Positions 56,607 to 64,000 of a stretch of DNA of 64,000 bases are shown piece after piece. The notes beneath the pieces are model-generated. The model ran no database searches and was not told the origin of the DNA. It saw nothing but the letters and a program-made list of their open reading frames with translations. Source of the stretch: a virus (Duplodnaviria; Caudoviricetes). Position numbers and translations under genes: made by a program. Within the stretch, counting starts at the first letter, position 1, and every line of letters starts with the position of its first letter. The stretch is taken from positions 1-64,000 of the IMG/VR virus record IMGVR_UViG_3300026088_000016; one strand, 5' to 3'.

Positions 56607-56845
56607 TTTTTGAGGTTTTCCGACAGTTGAGAAGCGAGGTTGATTGCCGCCAAGGATTCGTGGAAGCTCGACGACTGGAGCTGTCCCGGCTGAGTGGGGG
56701 ACTGCGTCAGATAAAGAACCACGCAATGATTGTTCGATTTTTCGGGGCAACAAGCGTTCCGGGACCGCATGGCGGCTTTCTTCAGCTTGTTGATTTCCGT
56801 TACACTGAGAACCAGATATTGTTTTGACATATCGGAAGGTCGCAC
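56603..56845 (-). CDS. Hypothetical protein
   Basis: ORF track; ATGA overlap. Confidence 0.55.
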   Translation of the reverse strand: MRPSDMSKQYLVLSVTEINKLKKAAMRSRNACCPEKSNNHCVVLYLTQSPTQPGQLQSSSFHESLAAINLASQLSENLKK

Positions 56846-56860
56846 CGGTCTGCCCGGCTG

Positions 56861-56898
56861 TCAAAAAGAAAAAGCCCCTATCTCACGATAGGGGCTTT
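56861..56898 (-). terminator. Rho-independent terminator
   Basis: Perfect 12-bp stem AAAGCCCCTATC/GATAGGGGCTTT (56871-56898), followed on the minus strand by a long T-tract. Confidence 0.9.
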
Positions 56899-56914
56899 AC
56901 GGTTCGAGGCAGAC

Positions 56915-57226
56915 TCAGTGAGTCAGCTTGGCCGCGCGCTTCGGCACCAAGCCGGCGCGTTGCAGACGGCCGCGGACTGCGGCCTTGGAGCGATGGGGAA
57001 TCGCTTGATAGGCCGCGGCATGGCCGGCAGTCCGGAAGGACTGTTCGACCAATTGGAGTTCCTTGATGCTCCACTCCGCGCCCGCGGAACGGGCGAAGGG
57101 CGGCTTTGCGGGGTGCATCACCGGGAGGGAGTTCAGAGGAACCAACTGAGTCGTCGGAGCGACCGGCGCATTGACTGCGCGAGTCGGATTCTCGCCGCGG
57201 ATTTCGATGGGGATGGCGTGGCTCAT
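56915..57226 (-). CDS. Small HTH protein (GcrA/Myb-like pattern)
   Basis: WSIKELQLV...RSKAAVRGRLQRAGL. Confidence 0.55.
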   Translation of the reverse strand: MSHAIPIEIRGENPTRAVNAPVAPTTQLVPLNSLPVMHPAKPPFARSAGAEWSIKELQLVEQSFRTAGHAAAYQAIPHRSKAAVRGRLQRAGLVPKRAAKLTH

Positions 57227-57228
57227 GG

Positions 57229-58128
57229 TTAGCAGCCTTTGATGGACGCAATCAGCGCCTTCAGTCCATCGGTCACGGGACCGGCGGGACGGAAGTCAGG
57301 CACTGGCGACGTGTTGCCCGTCGGGAACTTCTTCATCTCGGAGCCGAGCGTGAAAAAGTTGTCCGAGTAAGACACGTTCGGATTGCCGAACGAGCGGGTC
57401 TTCCGGAACGTGAAGATGGTCTTCGCGCCGGAGTTGTAGTCGGAGCCCTTCATGGTCAGCATGACCATGACGTATTGCTTCCCGTCCGCGAGGTAGGGAA
57501 ACACGGTCTGGTTCGGGTCCGGGAATGTCGCCGGCTTTTCCACCAGCAACATCGCGGTCGTCATGTAGTCGAACCGGCGCAGCGCTTTGACCGCGGGGTT
57601 CTCCTTGTTGGCCTTGACGGACTCGTTCCATTCCTTGTAGTCGAGCGTGCCGCCACACTTCACCACCTCTTCACGAGTGCGGCAATGGAGCCCGAGACCG
57701 CCGCCGTCCACCTTCTCGACGAAGCTGGTGCGCTTGAAGCCAATCACCACCACGTTGAGCGGAGCGGGAGCGGCCGGCAACGGCTGGTTCGGCAGTGCCT
57801 TCGGCACGGAGAACAAGACGTGCGTCTGGTCCAGAACGATGTCGCAAGCGTTGAAGACCAGCGACAGGTCGCCGACCTTCTTCACGATGTTGATTTTCGG
57901 GATGATGATGTCTTCAAACCCGATGTTGTTGTCGTCGAAAATCGCGTGAGGCGATTCCGCCGGCACAGAGACCGCGCGTTCCGTCGGCACGGAGCCACCG
58001 GATTCGGGGCCCTGTTCCGCACAGCCGGCATCGGCTGGAGCGGGTTCACAGGCGGTCGTGGTCGTCTCAATGGTCACTCCCTCCACAGGAGTTTGAACGA
58101 CGTTTTTCTCGAAGCTAACTTTGCTCAT
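57229..58128 (-). CDS. Replication-cluster protein, possibly ssDNA-binding
   Basis: 299 aa, strong codon bias, typical SSB position. Function is inferred. Confidence 0.45.
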   Translation of the reverse strand: MSKVSFEKNVVQTPVEGVTIETTTTACEPAPADAGCAEQGPESGGSVPTERAVSVPAESPHAIFDDNNIGFEDIIIPKINIVKKVGDLSLVFNACDIVLDQTHVLFSVPKALPNQPLPAAPAPLNVVVIGFKRTSFVEKVDGGGLGLHCRTREEVVKCGGTLDYKEWNESVKANKENPAVKALRRFDYMTTAMLLVEKPATFPDPNQTVFPYLADGKQYVMVMLTMKGSDYNSGAKTIFTFRKTRSFGNPNVSYSDNFFTLGSEMKKFPTGNTSPVPDFRPAGPVTDGLKALIASIKGC

Positions 58129-58169
58129 GGTTTCGTTTTTTGGTTTGGTTGTTGCAGAGATGGCGGCGA

Positions 58170-59222
58170 TTACAGTTTCACCACCAAAATGTCCTGATTG
58201 GGGACGACGTAGCGGTTGACGGACGTGCTCTCGACGAACACTTGGAAGTCCTTCAGCTCCGCGGGGCCGACCTTGATTTCTCCGACGACCGGGAGACCCA
58301 GCACATGGCGAATTTCGTCGTTGTTGCCCGAGTAGAGATGCCCGTCCGGCTTGGTGCGCAGACAGATTTTCTTGTGGGGCTGAATCGTTTCGGGCTTGAC
58401 CAGCTCGTAGAACGCGGAGCCGATTACATACGGCTTGCTCGTCGCGCGCTCGACGAACGACGCGATGGATTCCCTGCCGCTGCCCGTCGCCTTGAACACC
58501 GTGTAGGCGTCCGTGACCGGCTTCAGCTTTTTCACAACGTCGGTGCGCTTGCCAACCGCGGGAGTGAAAAGGTTCTTGGAAGAGCGAACGCCACTGGCCC
58601 GAAGGGTCATGTAGTTCTGCGTCGCCGCCTTAACTGCGTTGCTCGCGTCGTTCAGGCCCGCCTCGGAGGTGCAATCCCATTGCTGGATGTTGCCGGTGGA
58701 AAAACCAAGCTCCCGGCATTGGCGATGGGCTCCGTCGGTGGGGACCAGCGCACAGACCGTCCAGTTCTCCTTCAGGTGCTCGAAGCGTTCCTGAAGCAGC
58801 CGGCGGTTCGAGTTGCCCGGGTAACGGTCAACCGTCTCCTCACCGTCGGTGATGACGTAAACGAGAAACGCATGGTCCGCGTGCAGTTCCGGCGTCTGGC
58901 CGAGTTCCGCGAGCGTCAGGAGGGTTGCCTGAATCAGCGGAGTGCCGCCGGTCGGGGAGTATTGACCCTTCAACGAAGGCAGACGCAGCACGTCGCAGTC
59001 ATACGCGATGCAGCGGGTCTTCGTGCCGTTGAACAAATACAGCGAGACTCGCGTCTCCTGTTCCTGTTTCACCGATTGCTCGGCGAGCGTTTTGATTTGG
59101 TCGTCGAAAACTCGAACGACTGCCGCCTGATGGCGGCTCATTGAGCCGCTCTCGTCAATGACGAAGGCGACGTGGTTAATCGGCCGGAGCCGGATGGTGT
59201 TGGTGGTGTTCATAAAAATCAA
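58170..59222 (-). CDS. von Willebrand factor A domain protein
   Basis: MIDAS motifs VIDESGSM, GGTPL, VITDGEE. Confidence 0.85.
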   Translation of the reverse strand: MIFMNTTNTIRLRPINHVAFVIDESGSMSRHQAAVVRVFDDQIKTLAEQSVKQEQETRVSLYLFNGTKTRCIAYDCDVLRLPSLKGQYSPTGGTPLIQATLLTLAELGQTPELHADHAFLVYVITDGEETVDRYPGNSNRRLLQERFEHLKENWTVCALVPTDGAHRQCRELGFSTGNIQQWDCTSEAGLNDASNAVKAATQNYMTLRASGVRSSKNLFTPAVGKRTDVVKKLKPVTDAYTVFKATGSGRESIASFVERATSKPYVIGSAFYELVKPETIQPHKKICLRTKPDGHLYSGNNDEIRHVLGLPVVGEIKVGPAELKDFQVFVESTSVNRYVVPNQDILVVKL

Positions 59223-59235
59223 AGTAGCACTCGTG

Positions 59236-60408
59236 TCAATCTTTGGCGACCTTCTTGTCGTCCTGCACCCGGCTCTGGCGGAGGAACGAGAACGGCTTGC
59301 CGAGCTCGATAGCGCCGCCGGCTATCGCCGCCTTGCCGAAGTCTTCCACCGTCTTCTCCTTGGCGCCGCGGAGGGCCCAAGTGGAGACCAATTTTTCGAG
59401 CTCCCCGATGGGAACATCGAACAGTTCATCCACGAGATGCTGGTGCTCCGCCGGGATGTAGTTCTTGGCAATCTCGCCAAGCTGGCGGGCTTTCACGACG
59501 GCACGACGTTGCGATTCAACAAGGGTGTAGCCCTCGGGGATGAAGTCCGGGTCCTCGACAGTGCGAGCGGTGGCTTGGCGTCGGAACGCCTCGGCCCACG
59601 TCGCCACGATGGCAGCGAGCTTGATGCCGAGAGCTGCATCCTTGGAATTGGAAACCATCGACGGCGTGACCGTCTCCGGGATTTCGAGGGGGCGATACTT
59701 CTTCCCGAGCTTGAGCGCGACTTCCGCAACCTTCGGACACTTGCCGATGAGACCGCAGAAAAGGCAGCTCGACGTGTTGGGCGTCGCCATCGAAAAATCT
59801 TCGGGGTCCTTGCGGGCTTCAATCGCGCGCATCACCACAGTCCGAACCCGGACCAACATGGTGTCGAAGTCGGCCGCGATGAAGGTGTGCTCGGTGGTGT
59901 AGTCGAGGTGCGGCATGATGAACCGGACGATGACTTTCTTCACCTTGGGGAACGCCTTGATGACACCAAGCGCGTAGGCGATGCCCTGAAGGTTGTTCTT
60001 GGCCTCTTCGACCGCGTTGTTGCCGAATTTCCAGTCGATTACCTCGGCCTCAATCTGGTCGGCCGACACAAGAACCACGTCCGCGTAGCCGGCGGTGGTG
60101 CCTTGGAACGAGCCGATTTTCTGGTCGTCCACCGGGAGATATTGCTCCTTGAGCATGGTTCCGCCGGGATACATCTTGAAGCGTTCCTCGGCGAACTCGA
60201 TGCAGTTAATCACGGCCGCGGCGCGGTAGTCGGGGAGCTTCGGGTCGTCAATTTTGGAATCGACGGCGTCGTGCTGGCGAGTGCCGACCTTGGCCATTTC
60301 ATGGACTTCGCCTTCACGCTGCTCGAACTTGGGACACCCCTCGCGCATCTGGAGGGAACTGGGGGAATAGGGGTGATGGACGCGGGACTCGGAGGTTTCA
60401 GGTTTCAT
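59236..60408 (-). CDS. PD-(D/E)xK exonuclease, Cas4/DUF2800-like
   Basis: SPSS...CP, GTRQH, G.AD, IDWKFG, Q..AY, C.FC....CP. Confidence 0.85.
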   Translation of the reverse strand: MKPETSESRVHHPYSPSSLQMREGCPKFEQREGEVHEMAKVGTRQHDAVDSKIDDPKLPDYRAAAVINCIEFAEERFKMYPGGTMLKEQYLPVDDQKIGSFQGTTAGYADVVLVSADQIEAEVIDWKFGNNAVEEAKNNLQGIAYALGVIKAFPKVKKVIVRFIMPHLDYTTEHTFIAADFDTMLVRVRTVVMRAIEARKDPEDFSMATPNTSSCLFCGLIGKCPKVAEVALKLGKKYRPLEIPETVTPSMVSNSKDAALGIKLAAIVATWAEAFRRQATARTVEDPDFIPEGYTLVESQRRAVVKARQLGEIAKNYIPAEHQHLVDELFDVPIGELEKLVSTWALRGAKEKTVEDFGKAAIAGGAIELGKPFSFLRQSRVQDDKKVAKD

Positions 60409-60428
60409 AGAATGCACAAACGCAAAAC

Positions 60429-60457
60429 CAAGATGCGAATTCAACCCGGGATGTCAA
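60429..60457 (-). promoter_or_regulatory. Promoter TTGACA-N16-CATCTTG
   Basis: Same spacing as, and near-identical to, the motifs at 9986 and 22127. Confidence 0.6.
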
Positions 60458-60833
60458 CCCCGATATTGTTGATTTTCGACGAGAGCCAACTCGGATTGAG
60501 ACGACGTTCGGATTTGAAGTCCACCGCTCCGGCGTAAACCGGAATCCCCATGCGGAGGGCCTCCCGCACTTCCTCCCGGGCGCCACTGGACTTCATCCAG
60601 TCCGGCGTAAGCACGAGAGCCTCACAGCGACGGAGGATTTCCAAGTCACCCTCAAGCCAGACCGAATCTGGCGCGGCACCCTGAAAAAATCTCGTATTGG
60701 TGTGCGGACAGATGGCGCACCAACCCGGCGTGCGCCAGATTTCGAGCGAAAGCGCTTCGGCCCGACGGATGTTCTGCTCAATCTCCCACGCATTCTCCGC
60801 GCGAAAAGGCCCGGCGACGTATGCGATTTTCAT
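60441..60833 (-). CDS. DUF4406 / nucleoside 2-deoxyribosyltransferase-like protein
   Basis: YVAGP, CPH, WL.GDLEILRRC, W.KS.GA.EE...A...G.PV. Confidence 0.8.
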   Translation of the reverse strand: MKIAYVAGPFRAENAWEIEQNIRRAEALSLEIWRTPGWCAICPHTNTRFFQGAAPDSVWLEGDLEILRRCEALVLTPDWMKSSGAREEVREALRMGIPVYAGAVDFKSERRLNPSWLSSKINNIGVDIPG

Positions 60834-60948
60834 TGGCAGTGACAGGTGCAGGGATGGTTCGCGGCCCGGAAAATCTTGGCCCACTGTCTCCCGCCCCAAA
60901 TCATCAGGGCGAGACAAACCATTCCGGTGATAACCCACTGATACGGTC

Positions 60949-61317
60949 TCATACCACCAGACCCTGTTCCTTCGCGCGCTGGCGGGCCGCGGCCCACTTA
61001 TCCTGCGTGCGCTTGCTCTCTGCCTGCTTCGGCGCGGCCGAAGTGGGTGTTACCACTTCGACCACACGAAGCGAGGCGATTTTGCCGCGGCGCAGCCGGG
61101 TCTGTTGCTCGGCGCAGAGTTCTGCGTAAGCGTTGGTCTCGGGACGGCCCCGGGTTCCCCACAGGGTCTGCATGATTTGTTTTGCACTGCGCGCTACTTT
61201 TCCCATATCACTTCTTTCGGTTGCGTGGCTTGAAGCCGGGCGTGTGTTCGATTGCGTGAAGCAACCGAATCTGAGCGTCCGCATTTTTCTTCGTGCAGTT
61301 CTTGCACTTGACTCCAT
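60949..61317 (-). CDS. Basic hypothetical protein
   Basis: ORF track; start uncertain (1206-equivalent MGKVAR at ~61206 is possible). Confidence 0.45.
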   Translation of the reverse strand: MESSARTARRKMRTLRFGCFTQSNTRPASSHATERSDMGKVARSAKQIMQTLWGTRGRPETNAYAELCAEQQTRLRRGKIASLRVVEVVTPTSAAPKQAESKRTQDKWAAARQRAKEQGLVV

Positions 61318-61388
61318 GCGGGCTCGTCACTCGGACCCCACCACTTTTGGTTTTGGTTTCTTTGTATGGCATCTGTCTTCCCTCCTTT

Positions 61389-62906
61389 CTAACATACTTC
61401 TGGAAATTTCTCCAACTTTAGGTTCGGGATGGCGGCGCAAAGGTCGCCATCGTTCAGCAGGTCAATGCGGTCCAGCTTGCCGGCGACAGCCTTGTGGACG
61501 CGCTCCTGCACCGTGCCAGCCGCGAGCACGAACCGAAAAAGGGCTTTCGATTTCCCGAGTGCTCGACGCAGCCGGCCGACTACCTGACGGGTTTGCTTGG
61601 CGGAATATCCGAGCGAGCCCAGCCCCAGCCGCGGGAATTCGCCCCGGACGTCGTGAAGGTTAATCGACTCAGAGCCGGCGGCGTTGGTGCAGACGATGTA
61701 GGGTTCTTCGTCACGTTGAAAAGCATCCACGCAGGCCATGCGGCGGCGGGCTCCTGCGTCGCCAGTCTGGGAGCCGTCCACGCGACAAGTTGTGCCCAGC
61801 ATCTTGCAGCATTCTTCGACGGTCTCGCGATAGTTGAAGAACAGCGCAACGTGTCTGCCTTCAGCTTTCGCATCCTCGGCCAGCTCCACGAACACCGGGA
61901 GCATCAGCATCTCGATTTCTTGCTGGTCCCGGATGAGTTCCGTCAGCGCCGCCACGTCGCCAGCGCGTCTTGCATTGATTCGGTCAACGGCACACTGCAT
62001 CCGGCCATAGAGAGAAGCGATGCGACCAGCAGCCTCGCAATTGTAGAGCTCCGCCGTGATTTGGATTTCTGGGAAGGCATCGCCAAGCGAATCAATACGC
62101 ACCCGGGTTCCCCGCTCGGGGAAGAGTTCAGCGTGAAGAGCTTGAAGAATTTCCCTTTTTCGAGCTGCTCCTGCCGTGAAGTGCAGCCCGAGCATAGGAA
62201 GCTTCTGACAACCATGTCGGAAGGCCCATTGATAGAAACCCCGGGGGCCCGCGCCGTCTCGTGCATCGACCAAGTTGTGCAGGCCCAGCAGGTATCCCAA
62301 GGCGCGAAAATGGAGTGGCGACTCTGCGACGGTGGCGGACAGCACGAGTGTTTTAATCCGCTGGCGTCTTGCTGCAATGAGCATATCAGCTTGGAGAGAC
62401 TTGAGAGCCGAGCAACGGTGTGCTTCATCGAAGACAAGAGTCTGAATGGCGGAGTGCCAGTTAAACTTACCGTAGGCATGAGGCACTGGTTTAGAAACAA
62501 GTTCATGGGGCGAGTGGGGTTGAGGATATGGGCAAAGGTCGGTTGGGTCTTCCGGATGGACGATGCGCTGACATCGGGTGCAACGGTGAATTCTTTTTCG
62601 TTCGGCCGGCATCGGGTTGTCCCACCAGCCGAACGGAGTCTTGCCCAGCCGGAGCGCTTCGTAGTGGAGCGCGTCGAACTCGGTGTTGAGATGAGTTCCC
62701 ATGCGCTGCCAGCCGGCGACAGAGACCCGCGGGCAGACAACCAGCGCTGCGTCGTTCAGCGCCCGCAGGACGGCGATGGCGTGCGCGGTCTTCCCGGTGC
62801 CCATCTCAGAGGCGTCGAGCGCAGCGCCGTGCTTGAGAAGAGCCCGAAGCAGTTGTCGCGCTGCTTCGGGCTGGTGCGGTAGCAATCCTGTCGGGTCAAT
62901 TTCCAC
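61389..62906 (-). CDS. SF2/SNF2-like helicase
   Basis: EMGTGKT, VFDEAH, LSAT, ES.NL, Q.VGRLRR. Confidence 0.9.
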   Translation of the reverse strand: MEIDPTGLLPHQPEAARQLLRALLKHGAALDASEMGTGKTAHAIAVLRALNDAALVVCPRVSVAGWQRMGTHLNTEFDALHYEALRLGKTPFGWWDNPMPAERKRIHRCTRCQRIVHPEDPTDLCPYPQPHSPHELVSKPVPHAYGKFNWHSAIQTLVFDEAHRCSALKSLQADMLIAARRQRIKTLVLSATVAESPLHFRALGYLLGLHNLVDARDGAGPRGFYQWAFRHGCQKLPMLGLHFTAGAARKREILQALHAELFPERGTRVRIDSLGDAFPEIQITAELYNCEAAGRIASLYGRMQCAVDRINARRAGDVAALTELIRDQQEIEMLMLPVFVELAEDAKAEGRHVALFFNYRETVEECCKMLGTTCRVDGSQTGDAGARRRMACVDAFQRDEEPYIVCTNAAGSESINLHDVRGEFPRLGLGSLGYSAKQTRQVVGRLRRALGKSKALFRFVLAAGTVQERVHKAVAGKLDRIDLLNDGDLCAAIPNLKLEKFPEVC

Positions 62907-63090
62907 TTGCGTAATTGCACCACGAAGCGTGATTCCCTATTTTCCCACAGCATTCATAGACGGGAGCGTCGAACGGACTCACCACGCTCTCGGTCTTCTC
63001 GAAGACCTCGCATTCGCCTTTCGACAAATGGCTCTTCAGTCCGACGAGGTCGAAGTCGGGTTCAGCACAAAACGGACAACAGATAGTCAT
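62896..63090 (-). CDS. Small Cys-rich Zn-finger-like protein
   Basis: CPFC...LKSHL..C and CC...H..C. Confidence 0.6.
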   Translation of the reverse strand: MTICCPFCAEPDFDLVGLKSHLSKGECEVFEKTESVVSPFDAPVYECCGKIGNHASWCNYASGN

Positions 63091-63704
63091 AGGATGATTC
63101 GGACCACTTCGATTGCCCCTTCGTAAATGGAGCCGTCGATGGGCATCATCCTACCATTCTGCGGCTCAAAAAACAACCATTGGCCGTCGTCGCGCTGGAT
63201 GACGTTAATCGCGTGATAGAAATCCCCCGTGAACGAGTGCGAGAACAGGTCGTAATATCCGTCAACGTGGATGAGGGCGATGCCGACGACGGGCGGGGGT
63301 GGAAGCATGTAGGACTCGGTCCTCATGTTCCAGCACTGCGCGAGGTAGAAAAACTCCAGAGCGAAGTTGTCGCAGTCCCACGCTTCGGACTCGTAGGGGA
63401 AAGGCTCCTTGCGCGCTTTCCAGAAGGCAATCAGGCTGTCAATCGACTCGGGCGAGAGCTGCCGATAGATTCCGTCCCACGGTCCGTCCTTCAGCTCCTC
63501 GTTGGCCTCGGGCCAGAGGAGGGACGACATGTCCGAGACCAATTCATCACGACGAATAAACTTCGTCGGGTCCAGCCCGACAATCGTCCCGGACTCCTGC
63601 TCATCGACGACCGGCGTCGAGGTCGTCAATAACTTCATCCCGGAGGTCAAGCCCCCGCAACAAAGAGCGCACACGAGCGCGATACCAATCCAACCAAACT
63701 TCAT
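63087..63704 (-). CDS. Membrane-anchored papain/transglutaminase-like cysteine peptidase
   Basis: N-terminal hydrophobic signal; WDCDNFA, HAIN, FFEPQ catalytic-triad pattern. Confidence 0.65.
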   Translation of the reverse strand: MKFGWIGIALVCALCCGGLTSGMKLLTTSTPVVDEQESGTIVGLDPTKFIRRDELVSDMSSLLWPEANEELKDGPWDGIYRQLSPESIDSLIAFWKARKEPFPYESEAWDCDNFALEFFYLAQCWNMRTESYMLPPPPVVGIALIHVDGYYDLFSHSFTGDFYHAINVIQRDDGQWLFFEPQNGRMMPIDGSIYEGAIEVVRIIL

Positions 63705-64000
63705 CTGCTACCTGTCCTATCTGCGGTTCGGCGTTTTTCTTGAACTCGTTCAACTCGCCTGCCAACCGCGCTCGGAGCAAGTAGAACCACGGCGGGTCAA
63801 ACAGGACGCACGCCTTATCCGCCCAGCAGAGTAGGGATGGAGATTGATTTGTCTGGCGGGACAGTTCACGACTGTGACCGACCGCCAGAAGGTAGGTAGC
63901 AAAACCGTAGGAGCGAACCTGATTCTTGGGGACTCGGAAGAGCGGGCAGAGGAAATGCACCGCCCGGGCTGCGAGGCAAGCGCCCTTCACCGGATGCTTT
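63601..64000 (-). CDS. Possible partial hypothetical protein at the right edge
   Basis: Open frame to the window end; overlaps the next gene by about 100 nt. Confidence 0.3.
   Translation of the reverse strand, partial: KHPVKGACLAARAVHFLCPLFRVPKNQVRSYGFATYLLAVGHSRELSRQTNQSPSLLCWADKACVLFDPPWFYLLRARLAGELNEFKKNAEPQIGQVADEVWLDWYRARVRSLLRGLDLRDEVIDDLDAGRR

Overview
The window is most or all of a ~60% GC tailed-phage genome with podovirus-like gene order and three transcriptional blocks. (i) 1-5714 (-): about 19 small, translationally coupled unknown ORFs behind sigma70-type promoters. (ii) 5942-44698 (+): candidate small terminase, accessory genes (metallopeptidase, serine recombinase, FN3 protein, lipoprotein), a tRNA/ncRNA cluster, then terminase large subunit, portal, scaffold, major capsid, collagen-like fibres, tail tubular proteins, GNAT acetyltransferase, ejection proteins and a 2424-aa polyvalent protein. 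(iii) 44630-64000 (-): GT4, gmd, phosphoesterase, RuvC, sigma factor, primase-helicase, family A DNA polymerase, histone-like and RMF-like proteins, vWA protein, DUF2800-like nuclease and SF2 helicase. The leading candidate for an undescribed system is a dispersed glycan pathway: five glycosyltransferase-like genes, a sulfotransferase and gmd, next to Thr-rich (GPT)n collagen fibres, which suggests sulfated deoxy-sugar decoration of the virion. Other strong oddities are a giant ejection-region protein built of modules each bounded by Phe-Leu-Pro, a ~280-nt pseudoknotted ncRNA after three non-canonical tRNAs, a tRNA-like element and a pseudoknot-rich leader before the capsid gene, a phage histone-like gene with an insertion, and apparent absence of GATC and GTAC. 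All calls come from reading motifs by eye; no searches or folding programs were run.
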